Positions 39,643 through 50,662 of a DNA stretch of 64,000 nt are shown here, piece after piece. The DNA is from a virus (lineage: Duplodnaviria; Caudoviricetes). The stretch's first letter is position 1. Every line of letters starts with the position of its first letter. Where the stretch lies: IMG/VR virus record IMGVR_UViG_3300001765_000027, positions 1-64,000 of that record; one strand, written 5' to 3'. Position numbers and translations under genes: made by a program. The notes below the pieces were generated by a model. The model ran no database searches and had not been told where the DNA came from. It worked only from the letters and a program-made list of their open reading frames with translations.

Positions 39643-40050
39643 ATGGATGCCGAGCGTTTAATTGAGTTAGCCAGAGAGTCTGATATGTTCGTTACTGTCG
39701 AGATGAAGTGGCAGTACGCTAGGTGGGAAAAACTAGCTGAGCTAATAAACGATGATATGGAAGCACACACAGATAAGGGGAATCCTAAAATGAATTTTGG
39801 TAAAGCATTAGAGGCAATGAAGAGTGGGCTTAAGGTAAGCCGTGATGGGTGGAATGGTAAAGATATGTTTCTATTCCTTGTTCCGGGTAGTTCTTTTGAG
39901 GTGAATAGGCCTCCCCTACTTGGTATCTATCCGGCTGGTACTGTTGTTAGCTACCACGCGCATGTTGATATGAAAACGGCACAAGGCGATATAGTTCCTT
40001 GGCTATGTTCGCAGACAGACATGCTAGCTGAAGATTGGGGTGTTGTCTGA
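39643..40050 (+). CDS. DUF2829 protein (Tad2 anti-Thoeris family); core starts at ATG 39790
   Basis: MNFG.ALEA.K.G.KV.R.GWNGK.MF and [11 protein letters not shown] signature. Confidence 0.85.
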   Translation: MDAERLIELARESDMFVTVEMKWQYARWEKLAELINDDMEAHTDKGNPKMNFGKALEAMKSGLKVSRDGWNGKDMFLFLVPGSSFEVNRPPLLGIYPAGTVVSYHAHVDMKTAQGDIVPWLCSQTDMLAEDWGVV

Positions 40051-40232
40051 AGTGCCCACACTGCGGTTCTAGTACCAAAGTTTTACAGACCAGAAAGCAG
40101 TATAGGGAAAGAGAATGCTCTGGCTGTAAAACTAGGTTCTGGTCTAAAGAAACTATTTGCCATAGACCCGATAAACTATTCGACACCACCAGTTCAAACC
40201 TATTACCGTACCTGAAGAGAGGCACAACATGA
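40035..40232 (+). CDS. small zinc-ribbon protein
   Basis: CPHC...T.V..TR....R.REC..C..RF...E. Confidence 0.6.
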   Translation: MGCCLKCPHCGSSTKVLQTRKQYRERECSGCKTRFWSKETICHRPDKLFDTTSSNLLPYLKRGTT

Positions 40233-40801
40233 GCATCAAATGCGATAGCTGGATTAGGCGCATGGTACAACAGTACGACATGATTTCACCATTTGAGCCT
40301 AACCAAGTAAAGGAGGTAGACGGTACTAAAGTAGTGTCGTATGGTACCTCTAGCTATGGTTATGATATTCGCTGCGCGGATGAATTCAAGGTATTTACCA
40401 ATATCAACTCTACTGTTGTAGACCCTAAGAATTTTGATCCTGCCTCGTTCGTAGAAGTATCAGGTAAGGGATACTGTGTAATACCGCCAAACTCTTTTGC
40501 TTTGGCTAGGACGGTGGAGTACTTCAAGATACCGAGAAACGTGCTGACAGTATGCTTAGGTAAGAGTACCTACGCACGTTGTGGGATTATCGTTAACGTA
40601 ACTCCGTTTGAGCCAGAGTGGGAAGGGTACGTAACTCTAGAGTTCTCCAATACCACTCCCTTACCTGCAAAGATATATGCGGAGGAAGGTTGCGCTCAAG
40701 TACTGTTCTTTGAGGCAGACGAGATATGCGAGACTTCCTACAAGGATCGTGGCGGAAAATACCAAGGGCAGTATGGCGTAGTCTTACCTAGAATGTATTG
40801 A
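40229..40801 (+). CDS. dcd: dCTP deaminase
   Basis: [36 protein letters not shown]. Confidence 0.96.
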   Translation: MSIKCDSWIRRMVQQYDMISPFEPNQVKEVDGTKVVSYGTSSYGYDIRCADEFKVFTNINSTVVDPKNFDPASFVEVSGKGYCVIPPNSFALARTVEYFKIPRNVLTVCLGKSTYARCGIIVNVTPFEPEWEGYVTLEFSNTTPLPAKIYAEEGCAQVLFFEADEICETSYKDRGGKYQGQYGVVLPRMY

Positions 40802-41208
40802 GCTATCATGTTACCTAGTGGCGTACAGAAAGCCTGTTGTTTAGTATGTACTGTTAAACCGAAAGACCCCGATAAGTGTAGTTGTGTTGCGGTATGCTCT
40901 ATATCTGCTAGGCCTCTTTGCCCGTACAAGTACACTTCCGGTTGTCCCTTACCGGAGCGTAGGCTACTACCTAGACAGAACCCTAGTGCTGCCACTGAAT
41001 CTTCGTAATCCGTAATCTGGTGCTGCCACAGAAACTATAGCACCTAGCTCTCTGTCTCTGTACACGACGGTTTGCTAGGTTGCTATACGCTCTGTACGTG
41101 GTAGTAGCTGGTATCTGCTGGGGCTTGACTACGGGTTTGTGTAGGTAGATAATTTGCGCTCGCGTCACAGGTAATGGTTGAAATCAATTTCAAAGTGAAA
41201 GGTATATC

Positions 41209-41430
41209 ATGTCTAACACATGCAGTAGTTGTGCTTTTTGTTCTACCCTCCCTGAGCAGCATCAAAGTGCCACCATCTGCCGTTTTGATTCCCCTAAACC
41301 GTTTCTAGTACCTGTGCAGACTGAGCATGGTAATGGACTGCAAGCTACTACAATCTGGCCGCAAGTGAATCCTGACTTAGATTTCTGTAGTCATCATGTG
41401 GGCGTAGCGTCAGGCGCTCTGGATAGCTAA
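41209..41430 (+). CDS. small Cys-rich protein
   Basis: CSSCAFC...CR...P...WP.V...DFC; RBS AAGG. Confidence 0.55.
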   Translation: MSNTCSSCAFCSTLPEQHQSATICRFDSPKPFLVPVQTEHGNGLQATTIWPQVNPDLDFCSHHVGVASGALDS

Positions 41431-41469
41431 AATTCAGTCATCGCAAAACGAAACGGAAGGGGGTTCTGT

Positions 41470-41622
41470 ATGGTTCGTCGTAAGGAAAGTGAAATTGGTT
41501 CTGCTAGGGCGCATCCCGGTGCGCCGCATAACCAGAAGTTTAACGTGTCACCCAAGTATAGTAAGAAGCGTAAGACTTGGTGGAACGGTTATACTGCGAA
41601 ATCCCGCAAGGCTGACGATTGA
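41470..41622 (+). CDS. small basic protein (50 aa, not in ORF track)
   Basis: AAGGGGG RBS; MVRRKESE...KADD stop just before tRNAs. Confidence 0.4.
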   Translation: MVRRKESEIGSARAHPGAPHNQKFNVSPKYSKKRKTWWNGYTAKSRKADD

Positions 41623-41629
41623 GTAGTTA

Positions 41630-41706
41630 GCCCCTGTAGCTCAGTTGGTTAGAGCAACCGACTCATAATCGGTGGGTCACAGGTTCAAGCCCTGTCGGGG
41701 GCACCA
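41630..41706 (+). tRNA. tRNA with CAT anticodon (Ile2 or elongator Met)
   Basis: Cloverleaf; ACCGA-CTCATAA-TCGGT arm, GGTTCAAG T-loop, encoded CCA. Confidence 0.93.
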
Positions 41707-41708
41707 GT

Positions 41709-41784
41709 GCAGGTATCGTCTATCGGTTTAGGACACCATCCTTTCACGGTGGGAAGCGGGGTTCGATTCCCCGTACCTGTACCA
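41709..41784 (+). tRNA. tRNA-Glu(TTC)
   Basis: CCATC-CTTTCAC-GGTGG arm, GGTTCGATTC, encoded CCA. Confidence 0.93.
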
Positions 41785-41790
41785 AGTAAT

Positions 41791-41875
41791 GCGAGCGTGG
41801 CGAAATTGGCAGACGCAGCAGATTTAGGTTCTGCCGCCGCAAGGCGTGGAGGTTCAAGTCCTCTCGCTCGCACCA
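41791..41875 (+). tRNA. tRNA-Leu(TAG)
   Basis: GCAGA-TTTAGGT-TCTGC arm, long variable arm GCC-GCAA-GGC, encoded CCA. Confidence 0.95.
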
Positions 41876-41972
41876 TAGGCAGTATAGGGGTGTGTTGTTT
41901 CTAAAGCCTGTTTCCGTTTCCTCCTTGCTGCGGAGGGCCTAACCTGAGACAGCACACCACCTATACTGCCTA
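41876..41972 (+). ncRNA. candidate structured RNA (long closing stem)
   Basis: TAGGCAGTATAGGGGTGTGTTGTTTC pairs with GAGACAGCACACCACCTATACTGCCTA using GU pairs and one bulge. Confidence 0.55.
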
Positions 41973-42001
41973 TTGCGCCTCAGGTTCTGGGGCGGTATAT
42001 T
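41973..42001 (+). promoter_or_regulatory. early sigma70-like promoter (TTGCG-type -35)
   Basis: TTGCGC-N17-TATATT; same architecture with 17-bp spacers at 43782, 45108, 48751, 49365, 52333 and 53758. Confidence 0.7.
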
Positions 42002-42697
42002 GCAATCAGTTTCAAATTCCATAAAGGAGAAAACAGTGCAAGTTACATACACAATATATACGCAAAGGATTACCCCTGAATCTGCGGAGATGGGTGATTT
42101 CGATGGCCCTCCTGAGATTGAGGAAAGCGATACTGATACCCTGCTAGCCGTATTGCGTCGGGCGGTGAATACCTACGGTATCTGTCCGAGGACGGACGAT
42201 GATAGCCCTACATGGTTCTCTGCCGATTCACCACCAGAAGATCGTGAGTTCTTTGAGCAGGGTGTGGAGAAGATACGCACCATGAACATACACTCTCTGA
42301 CTGCGCGGCAAGGTAGGCGTGTCAATGCAATACTCAAACGGTTGTGGGGGCGGTAATGCTTACTCGTGCTATGACGCTAGACACCTACAAGGTGGATGGT
42401 GATGGCTATATCACTACTCGTGGGCGTTTCTACAAGGAGCGTATCTTCGTGCCGCACTTCTGGGACAAGACGGTAAAGGCTAAGAGAGTGATCTACGATA
42501 AGACACCAGATGGTCTTTCGTGGGCTATATGGAAGGTAGTACCGTGGGACTTAGTAGAGTATCCTGAACTGCGTAATATAGGCAGTATAGGGGTACGTGA
42601 AGAGGCGGGAAAGGTACTATCGTGGACTCGTGCTAGCTCTTACGTTGAGCCGTGCAGCGGACGTAGAATATAGGTTCATTCCAGAAAGGAGAATTGT

Positions 42698-43312
42698 ATG
42701 AAAACTGTAGAAGAACTGAAGGCCAAGCATGAGAAGGAAATGGCTTACCTGTTAGCCAACAATGCAGTGGAGGCATCGTTAGAGATACCACCAGATACTG
42801 TATCGTCAGGGGATACTAAGTGTCCTTGGATAGCTTATAAGGTAAAGACGCTGAGGGAGGCCTATGATCTAGCAGATACCTTCACTCGTGAGGAGTATGC
42901 GTATGCCAATGACGGCTGCTTCTCTTACATAAAACCCATTCCATTACTGAATGAGGATAAGGTAGATGTACTACTGCCTATAGAGGACGGTACGCCGTAT
43001 ATCGAACTGCAAAACATCGATAACCATTACCACATAGCTGAGATGATTTTCTTCATCAAGCTGTTTGATGGCCGGTACGGAAAGGTGAATATAAAGATTG
43101 AGCAAGTGCCTTGGTATATCGGGATTACCGTGGAGCATGAGGGGTATAAAGGCAGGGCTAGTGGAGTAAGAAAACTCTACCCAACCTTGTCTGAGGATAA
43201 GAGAGTGAACTGGGCTTCTGGAGGCGATAAGTCGGCTAGGGCAACCTATCACTGGTTTAGACGGGCAGAGTACGATGCGTTCATGCTGCCGTTACTCAAT
43301 CTGCAACACTAA
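42698..43312 (+). CDS. hypothetical protein
   Basis: AAGGAG RBS with leader motif. Confidence 0.65.
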   Translation: MKTVEELKAKHEKEMAYLLANNAVEASLEIPPDTVSSGDTKCPWIAYKVKTLREAYDLADTFTREEYAYANDGCFSYIKPIPLLNEDKVDVLLPIEDGTPYIELQNIDNHYHIAEMIFFIKLFDGRYGKVNIKIEQVPWYIGITVEHEGYKGRASGVRKLYPTLSEDKRVNWASGGDKSARATYHWFRRAEYDAFMLPLLNLQH

Positions 43313-44264
43313 CATGCTGAAGCAGATGGTTATTCCATACAGGAAACCTTCTCTGAGACAGGGAGGTTTCATGGCTAAATTTATTCTAGTGCTTATTGCA
43401 CTTATCGTAGTAGATGCTATGTGTTATGCTACAGGTATTGGTAGTTTTCTAAGATAGGTGATATCGTGTTTGATCGTGAAGAATGGCGCGTAGCAAAAGA
43501 CTCTGAAGCTAGAGTCTATTGCGGTGTTATAAACAATACTGTAGTAGTTAGCCCTGCACGTAAGCGGGAGTACGAGGTGTATATAAAAGCACCCTCTGAT
43601 CTATTCCCGTATTTGCAGAATGTGTGCGGTTTATCTGTGGAAGAACTACGCAGAAGCCATGTGTCGTTCTACCTAGACGAAGCAGATAGTGTATGGTACT
43701 TTGGTATGCTACTGCCTACTGATGAGCATATTGATCTATGGATATACCGTGATCTGCCGGGATGGGCATATCGCGTGTAGCTTGCGGTAGGCACCCTGTA
43801 GCCGTATCATTCAATTGTCGCATCCATTCCATAAAGGAGAAATATATGGCTCTGTTTGGTTTTGCAATCAATTTCAATTCAGGTACCACTGAGTTTGTAG
43901 TTCTATCCGCAGGCACCCTGCAACAAGCGCAGGATGAGCTTGATGGTTTCTGTGAGGGTCAGGAAGTGGAATCCACTACCGAGTATAGCGTGGAGGCTAT
44001 TGTCACGGAGCAGTACCGTGGTATGGCATTCTTGACCACTGAATATTTTTCGGGGGATGACTGACATGAAAGTAATAGTCGAAATGCGCGTACTCGTGGA
44101 AGCCGATTCACCGGATGGTTCCGTGGAGGTAGGCCCTCTGCGGGATGCTGTGAATAACGGCTTACACCTAGCCAACGCCGAGGGGTACCTGACTCCGCTG
44201 GATAACGAGGCGGTAACTATCATCGGGTGGGGCGTGTCGCACGTATCCACCAAAGGAGGCTGAC

Positions 44265-45104
44265 ATGGCAAAGATCAAGTGTCCTTACACTTTTCCGCAT
44301 AAGTCTCGCAAGGCTCGTGCAGAGTACCTAGAAGGCATTGGTGGGTACAGTCGGTATCTTGACGGCAAGTGGCCTATTGAATTTACTGTAGCCTGTTACG
44401 ATACAGACTTCAGCTTTGATAACATCTGGGACAAGTATTCTAGTGAGCATACTCCTGCGGAGTGTTTCTGCACACCAGACTTAATGGCTGCGTACTACAA
44501 TCTAGCTAAGAGACTGCACAAGTCACATGAAGAGTATATGTGGGCTTGGGGGCAGGAAGACGCTGCTAGGTCTATTTCTGATGACGATACTTTTAGGCAA
44601 TTGTGGGACGGTACGCCAGTATCTGTAGAATTGCAGCTTCGTGGTCGTAGTGGAAAGCACCTAGTCATTGCTGAGTTTGAGGGTCGCAATTTTACTGGTA
44701 TGGATGGTCGTGACCTACACGATGAAATCATGTGCCAAGTACGCCCTGATGGGTATGAGCATGTGGAGTACAATACTCTGCGTAAAGGTAATGTATGGAA
44801 TAGCTGGACAGATGCAGAGGTAGAGAAGCTGTACAAATACGTTCGTATGTGTGAGCAAGACTTCACCACTGCGAAAGCCAGCAAGGAAGTGGAGTACCAA
44901 GGGGCTTTCTGCTTTTTCGCCAATATCGTAGCCTCAGAGTGGGAAGTGGTTAAGCAGGAGATGGCTAGCCATGAAGAGGCCGTGGAGGCGGCTCAGGCAT
45001 TGTATAGCGCATTGAGCGGTGAGGACACGCAGAAGGCTGTATTCGATAGCCTATACGTCCTATGTTCTGCGGCGGGAGTATCGCAGGAAGAAGCACAAAG
45101 CTGA
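44265..45104 (+). CDS. hypothetical protein
   Basis: AGGAGG RBS, 279 aa. Confidence 0.7.
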   Translation: MAKIKCPYTFPHKSRKARAEYLEGIGGYSRYLDGKWPIEFTVACYDTDFSFDNIWDKYSSEHTPAECFCTPDLMAAYYNLAKRLHKSHEEYMWAWGQEDAARSISDDDTFRQLWDGTPVSVELQLRGRSGKHLVIAEFEGRNFTGMDGRDLHDEIMCQVRPDGYEHVEYNTLRKGNVWNSWTDAEVEKLYKYVRMCEQDFTTAKASKEVEYQGAFCFFANIVASEWEVVKQEMASHEEAVEAAQALYSALSGEDTQKAVFDSLYVLCSAAGVSQEEAQS

Positions 45105-46763
45105 TGATTGCGCAAGGTAGTCTGGTACGACATAATGGGCTTGTTCGATTCCAATCCATAAAGGAGAAACCAATGCTGCATTTTATCTACGCCTACTCTG
45201 AGCATACTCCGCGTAACGGCCACACTACCAAGTCTGTGAAAATCTACCAGATCAAGAAGAATACTCCGGTGTTTGTGGCTAGCGGCTCCGATCAGTTCGT
45301 TGGTGAGCTTCAGCTAGTGCTCCAAATTATGGAGTCAGCAAAGCTGTTGCCGCGCAAGGCCTTCGTGAAGAATGCTAATACCGGCAGTAACAATATGTGC
45401 ACTGCTTGGCAGTTACGTGAGGCAGGCATTGCGGATGTGGTTAGGATATAATTTGTAATCGATTTCAATCCATAAAGGAGAGACACATGCTGGACATACT
45501 TCGTAAGTGCGTATTCCATCCCTACACCAAAGGCCGTGAGCATCCGGTATTCTCTTTGGTACTGTATTACGTGCCGGGGCATATGAATACTGGTCAGCAG
45601 AGGCTGGGGTATCGTTTTCGTATGAATGGTAAGATGCTGTTTCAGGGCGAGGATTATGGCTGTAGCCCATGTAACGCGTGGGACAGCGACGAAGCGGTAG
45701 CTGTGTTGATGAGCTTTCTCTGCCTAAAACCGGGTGATACGGACAGGGAATACTTTGAGAAATATACTGAGGAGCAGATGGACTTCTGCACCACGCATGG
45801 CGAGGCTCTTTGGTGTTGCGTGAATGATAGGTTCGGGGAGGATGTATGCAACTGACTATATACCCTACAAAGATTGTAGTGCAGCGCGACTTGGGTGATA
45901 AAGTACGCTACAAAAACGAGAGTCATTTTCTGTATCACCTGAAGAAGGAGCTACAGAAACGTGGCAATGATTGCATTAAAAAGCTGGCGTGGAAAGACGG
46001 TAATCTAGTGGATGATTACATGCACTACATACGTGAGCGTAAAACAGGAGCATACATAGTGTATGACAGTTGGTATCAGATTAGATGTTGCGCTGAGGAA
46101 TTCAATAAGCGCGGGGAAGTGACTATGGTACTAGATGGGGGAGGACTGAAATGAGAAATGCTCTGGCTTTTGAGCATGGAGATACCACCTGTGCTAGCGA
46201 ACCGGGTGTGTTCTGCATGTTCCTATTCACCAAGCACTTTGGTACTGCGCCGGTATGCCACCTATTTGATGACCAGCCGCTGCATGAGCATACGGATGGT
46301 GAATTTCATGGTTGGCTAGCCAGATGCCCTAAGTGCGTAGAGTTATTTACTGGCGATAGAATCGTGCAAAAGAAGGATTTGCTATGAAACCTGAGGTGAG
46401 AGTATTCAGTAAGGATGCACCCTGCACCAAGGTAGAAATCTGGAATTGCTTTAGGGCGCGTTCTGGTTTCGTTTCGGTACAGGTAGTACAGGCCCACTCT
46501 GAGATTGGGCTAAACGTACCTAGAGTGATGGAGCGTAACGCTCGACTCACACGCGCTGAGCGCAAGGGTATTGAGTATTACATACTCACACCTGAAGGGG
46601 AGGAATGGCTGCTAGCCGGCATCAGAGCCTTTCTGAAGAATCATCCATTACGCGCAGATGAGGTAGCGATAGAGCCACCATCTGATAAACCTGCTAGGTT
46701 GCGTCGTACCCGCTGACGTAGTATATTTCGGTTTCGTTAATTCATTCCATAAAGGAGACACAT

Positions 46764-47237
46764 ATGGCTGCTCACATAAATAACTGGAACGATCTTCAGA
46801 AATATGGTATCAACGCCCTGACAGGGGAGGCCTGTGCCTACTCCATGAGGCTACTCTGCGATCTGAATGAGGATGGAGTAGAGCGTATCCGTGAGGCTTT
46901 TGGTATGCAGATTGTGTTGAATCCGCAGGTACAGTTTAGCGCTAACTGGAATACGCGGGTAGGCGAAAAACCTGCCGTAGCCAGCATCATGCTGTTCTAT
47001 GAAATACTGCCTGTATTGTCTAGGTTTATTCTCTTCAATGTGGAAAAATGCGAATTCGTGGTACATGCGGATGATGGTTCCTCTGTTGGTTACACCTCTG
47101 AGGACATAGACAAGTACGGTCTGACACGCAGCAAGCTAGACCAACTGTACGGCGGTCGTATCTATCGCAACCACCGCAACCCTGAGGCTTCCGTAGGTAG
47201 CCGCAACGTGCATCAAGCAACCGGACGATCTGAGTAA
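46764..47237 (+). CDS. hypothetical protein
   Basis: AAGGAG RBS; LTGEAC..S.RLLCDL motif. Confidence 0.65.
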   Translation: MAAHINNWNDLQKYGINALTGEACAYSMRLLCDLNEDGVERIREAFGMQIVLNPQVQFSANWNTRVGEKPAVASIMLFYEILPVLSRFILFNVEKCEFVVHADDGSSVGYTSEDIDKYGLTRSKLDQLYGGRIYRNHRNPEASVGSRNVHQATGRSE

Positions 47238-48882
47238 AGGATACATATGACCCATAAACTAGGAACTGAACATGAACACTTGAGCGGCCTGCGAGTTAAT
47301 GACCTTGTAGCTAAGGTGGCGCGAGTAACCATGAAGGATACTACTCGTGTGATGAAGTCTATGCTGCTAGTCTGCATGTACTTGGATATTGATATGTATG
47401 AGTTGCTGGAGGAAGAAGAGTTTTCTGTAGAGCGACCAAGTGCAGATGAGGCTACTAAGTGCAATGAGGCGTTTAACGAACTACAGGAAGCTTTACGTGT
47501 ATGGGATGCGCAAGCTGACATAGACGATATTCGTGCGCTAGATTGATCCATTTCATAAAGGAGGATGCTGATGATCTACGAAATTTACTATGAACCACGA
47601 GGCGGTGTATGGCGTATCAGAGTTACTGTTATCTACTTCCTATTCTTCTCGTGGTCTAGGGTAGCTTGTGATGGTAGTCTAAGCCCTCTGGACTTTACTT
47701 CCTACAAGGTAGCTGAGGAATACGCAGAGACTACTGGCTTATCTAAAGCGTACCAGAAACGTACTCGCGGTGCGGGGTATGTCTCTTGGCTGCATGGAGA
47801 AGGATGCCATGCGTAGAGTGCGGAGGGTGCAGGTAGTAGAAGCTGAGCCTACTAGGGTAAGGCGACCACCTAGGACACTGCTACCGGACGGTAAAGTAGC
47901 AGTAACTCTGGTTGTATCGGCAGAGATTGTGCGAGGTTCGGTATCGGAGAAAGACTTTGCTGCTTGGGTAAGCGAAGCTGTACATTCGTACCATCGCTGG
48001 CGTAACGGTTGGGTGGGTATTGGGGCTACTGGCGGTATAGATGTTCCGCAGGTAATAGTAGCTGATGATGGATAGTATGGTAGATAGACGAAAGCTAGTG
48101 GAGCCGTTAGGCAGTCGTGGTTCCCGCAAGGTTAGGACAGAAGACGGTGGGGTACGGGTAGTACGCCCCACTGTCGATAGCCTAGTCAGGATGCGGGTGT
48201 CTAAACAGAAAAAGAAAGTAGTGATTAGATTCAATAGAGGCACGATGTAGGTGGTGCCACGACTCTCACAATACTGTAGCTCTCTGTAGCTGGATACCGC
48301 TGTATGCTACTGGCCGCTACACCCTGAGTAGGGTAGTTGTGGGTATTGCGGGATGGGCGCTGTAGCAGTAAAGTTTGACTTCCTTATTTCATATAGACAG
48401 GAGGTAGTGATGGGCGCTAGACCAAATGCTGTATTTTCTGTTAGCCCTATCGCAGGGTGCCGATTAGTGCAACGTAATGGATGTGATTTTATTTCCCAGC
48501 GTGAGCGAGCATTTACCGGTACGTGCAGGGTTGTTAGTTCTGGCGATGACTTCTTCGGCTCTGGGGAGCCTTACGTTGGTGCGGTACTTACTAACCCTAC
48601 GTGGGCTAGGCTATTGACGGAAGCTGGCAAGATGATCGAAGCTACTGGGGATCGCCACCATATATACCTTGAACAGTTTTATGTGCCTAAGTCTCAGCCT
48701 GAGGAAGGTATTACACAGATTGAACTGATTATGGGTAGTTAATGTGGGGCTTGCGCCCCGGTCTCTGGGGCGCTAAAGTTCAACCATCGATTGATTCCAT
48801 ACAGGAGGGGCGAACATGAAGTGAGGCAAGTAAGGTAAGTGGATTTGCAATCAATTACAAACTAAAAGAAAGGCGGTGCAAT

Positions 48883-49110
48883 ATGGCTACAAAACGTACA
48901 TTCAAGGATGCTGAAGGTAAGATCGGTCGTAACGCTTCTTACGTGATCGACAGCAAAGGTATTATGACCATCAAGGTGGATTTGAATCTTGATCTGGGGC
49001 CGTCCAAATCCGGCAAGAGCAACATCGTGGCTTCATCCGATGGCAATACCCCGATTGATGGTGGGCAGGGGGCAGTTATCGGCCTGAACATCTACCGTAA
49101 AGCTGATTAA
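48883..49110 (+). CDS. conserved small phage protein
   Basis: TIKVDL...GPSKSGK..IVAS..GN...GLNIY; biased codons. Confidence 0.65.
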   Translation: MATKRTFKDAEGKIGRNASYVIDSKGIMTIKVDLNLDLGPSKSGKSNIVASSDGNTPIDGGQGAVIGLNIYRKAD

Positions 49111-49116
49111 CGATTA

Positions 49117-49358
49117 GGGGCGTGTGAGATTGGCTGTGATGCCAGCGAAATGACAGATAACGTGCGCAATGTAGGGCCACGCACCCTGTCCGCCCACCCT
49201 CAACTGCGGTTCGTTGGCCGCGAACTGCGGGAGGTAATTGAAAGGAGACTGAGTATGCTTCGCCATTGAATCGTGGTAGCCCTGACGACCACGCCAACAA
49301 CAGGGTCTCGGTGCGGACGCGCATTAGAGGATAAGGGATCGAGTGAGACACTCACTCG
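49117..49358 (+). ncRNA. candidate multi-stem RNA with pseudoknot
   Basis: Nested helices and an H-type pseudoknot in an ORF-free interval (see findings). Confidence 0.5.
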
Positions 49359-50091
49359 TGAGTATTGCAGGGAGGCCTCTGCTTCCCTAGAATACTTACT
49401 CGTTCATTCCATACAGGAGGTTACACCGTGATTACTAAAGAGATTGCACTGACGCTGAAGCATGGTCAGATTCTGCATAGCAAGACCACCAAGAACGCTG
49501 ACAAGACACCCATGCGGGTTCGTGTTAATGGCAAGTGCCAGACATGGGCGCGTCGGCCTCTCGACTTCAAGCTGCCGGTAAAGTATGGGCTGAAGACCTG
49601 TGGCTATATCGACAATTTTGATTTGGGTAACTTCCACGACTGGGAGGTAGCATGAGCCAACGACTGACATACGAGGTAGCCCAGACGCTGAAGAAGGGCG
49701 ACATTCTGTACAACAACGTGCTTGAATTCACCGATGCGGATGGTGATAGGTCACCGGCTACTGCGGTAGTTATGGGTAAGCCTAAGAAGCATCCTGTAGA
49801 AGAGTTCCTACTACCTATCAAGAGGCAGTATGGTGATGGCGGCATGGGTAACGTATCGAAGTTTGGTAGTGATCTATGGCGCACCACACCTGAGAAGGTA
49901 GTCGCAAAACATATCGTGCGTACGCGTCCTGCACCCGTAGAGGAAGAGGAGGTAGTGACACCTACTCATGTGCGTAGGACGAGGCGTTAAGTGGCTATAT
50001 CGCACGGTTACCTGATAGGGTAAAGTTCATACATGGCAAGTTTATATAGCCTACATTGTTTTTCTGTTCATCTCATAAGGAGGTACTGCAA

Positions 50092-50604
50092 ATGACCCAG
50101 ACCACGACCACTGTTGCAAAGAAAATTTCCCCACGCAAACCCGCTGCCAAGGTTGAGGCGAAGCCTGCCCGTAAGGCAGTATCGCTGAAGGCAGAGGCGA
50201 AGCCCTCGCTGATGAAGGAGGTTGCTGTTGCAGCAACTAAGTTTTTCGTGTTTATCGAAGGCGCACGACCTGTATCAGGCATTCGGCTTTCTGCACATAC
50301 CGATGCCGCTCTGCGGTTCCTTGGTTTGGCAGAGCAAAAGTCGGTGCGCAAGGGCGCAGCTATCGCTGTCATGGGTAACCGTGCTATCAAGTACCACATT
50401 GAGCGTGGAAACATGGAGGAGAAGGGTGGTAACGTCGCTCTGACTACTCAAGGGTACGGAGTATTCAAGGGGCGCGTGGAGGGCGGCAAGGTTGATGGTA
50501 AGCTGTCAGCCGCGTATCTGGCCGCTATCTCCAAAGGCAAGACCAACGTCGAGTGCGGTATCAAGGATAATCACCTGATCCCCGTAGGTATGCAGCTTCG
50601 CTGA
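50092..50604 (+). CDS. Lys/Ala-tailed putative DNA-binding protein (distant paralogue of 57164 and 59012)
   Basis: AIKYH..RGN......ALT.QG motif shared with those ORFs. Confidence 0.65.
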   Translation: MTQTTTTVAKKISPRKPAAKVEAKPARKAVSLKAEAKPSLMKEVAVAATKFFVFIEGARPVSGIRLSAHTDAALRFLGLAEQKSVRKGAAIAVMGNRAIKYHIERGNMEEKGGNVALTTQGYGVFKGRVEGGKVDGKLSAAYLAAISKGKTNVECGIKDNHLIPVGMQLR

Positions 50605-50632
50605 TCCCTCCTCTGGCGCATAGCGCCAGTTT

Positions 50633-50662
50633 ATCAGGGTGGAATCTCACCCTGATTTTTTT
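50633..50662 (+). terminator. intrinsic terminator
   Basis: ATCAGGGTG...CACCCTGAT stem plus T-run. Confidence 0.8.

Noticed and set aside
40808-41008. Cys-rich 66-aa ORF after dcd
   Set aside because: No clear RBS and overlaps the motif-rich spacer; cannot support it as a gene
41630-41875. tRNAs as prophage attachment site
   Set aside because: No integrase, no duplicated tRNA 3' end and no host genes in the window
49117-49358. tmRNA (begins GGGGC and has a pseudoknot)
   Set aside because: No T-arm/CCA 3' end or tag reading frame; kept only as an unknown ncRNA candidate
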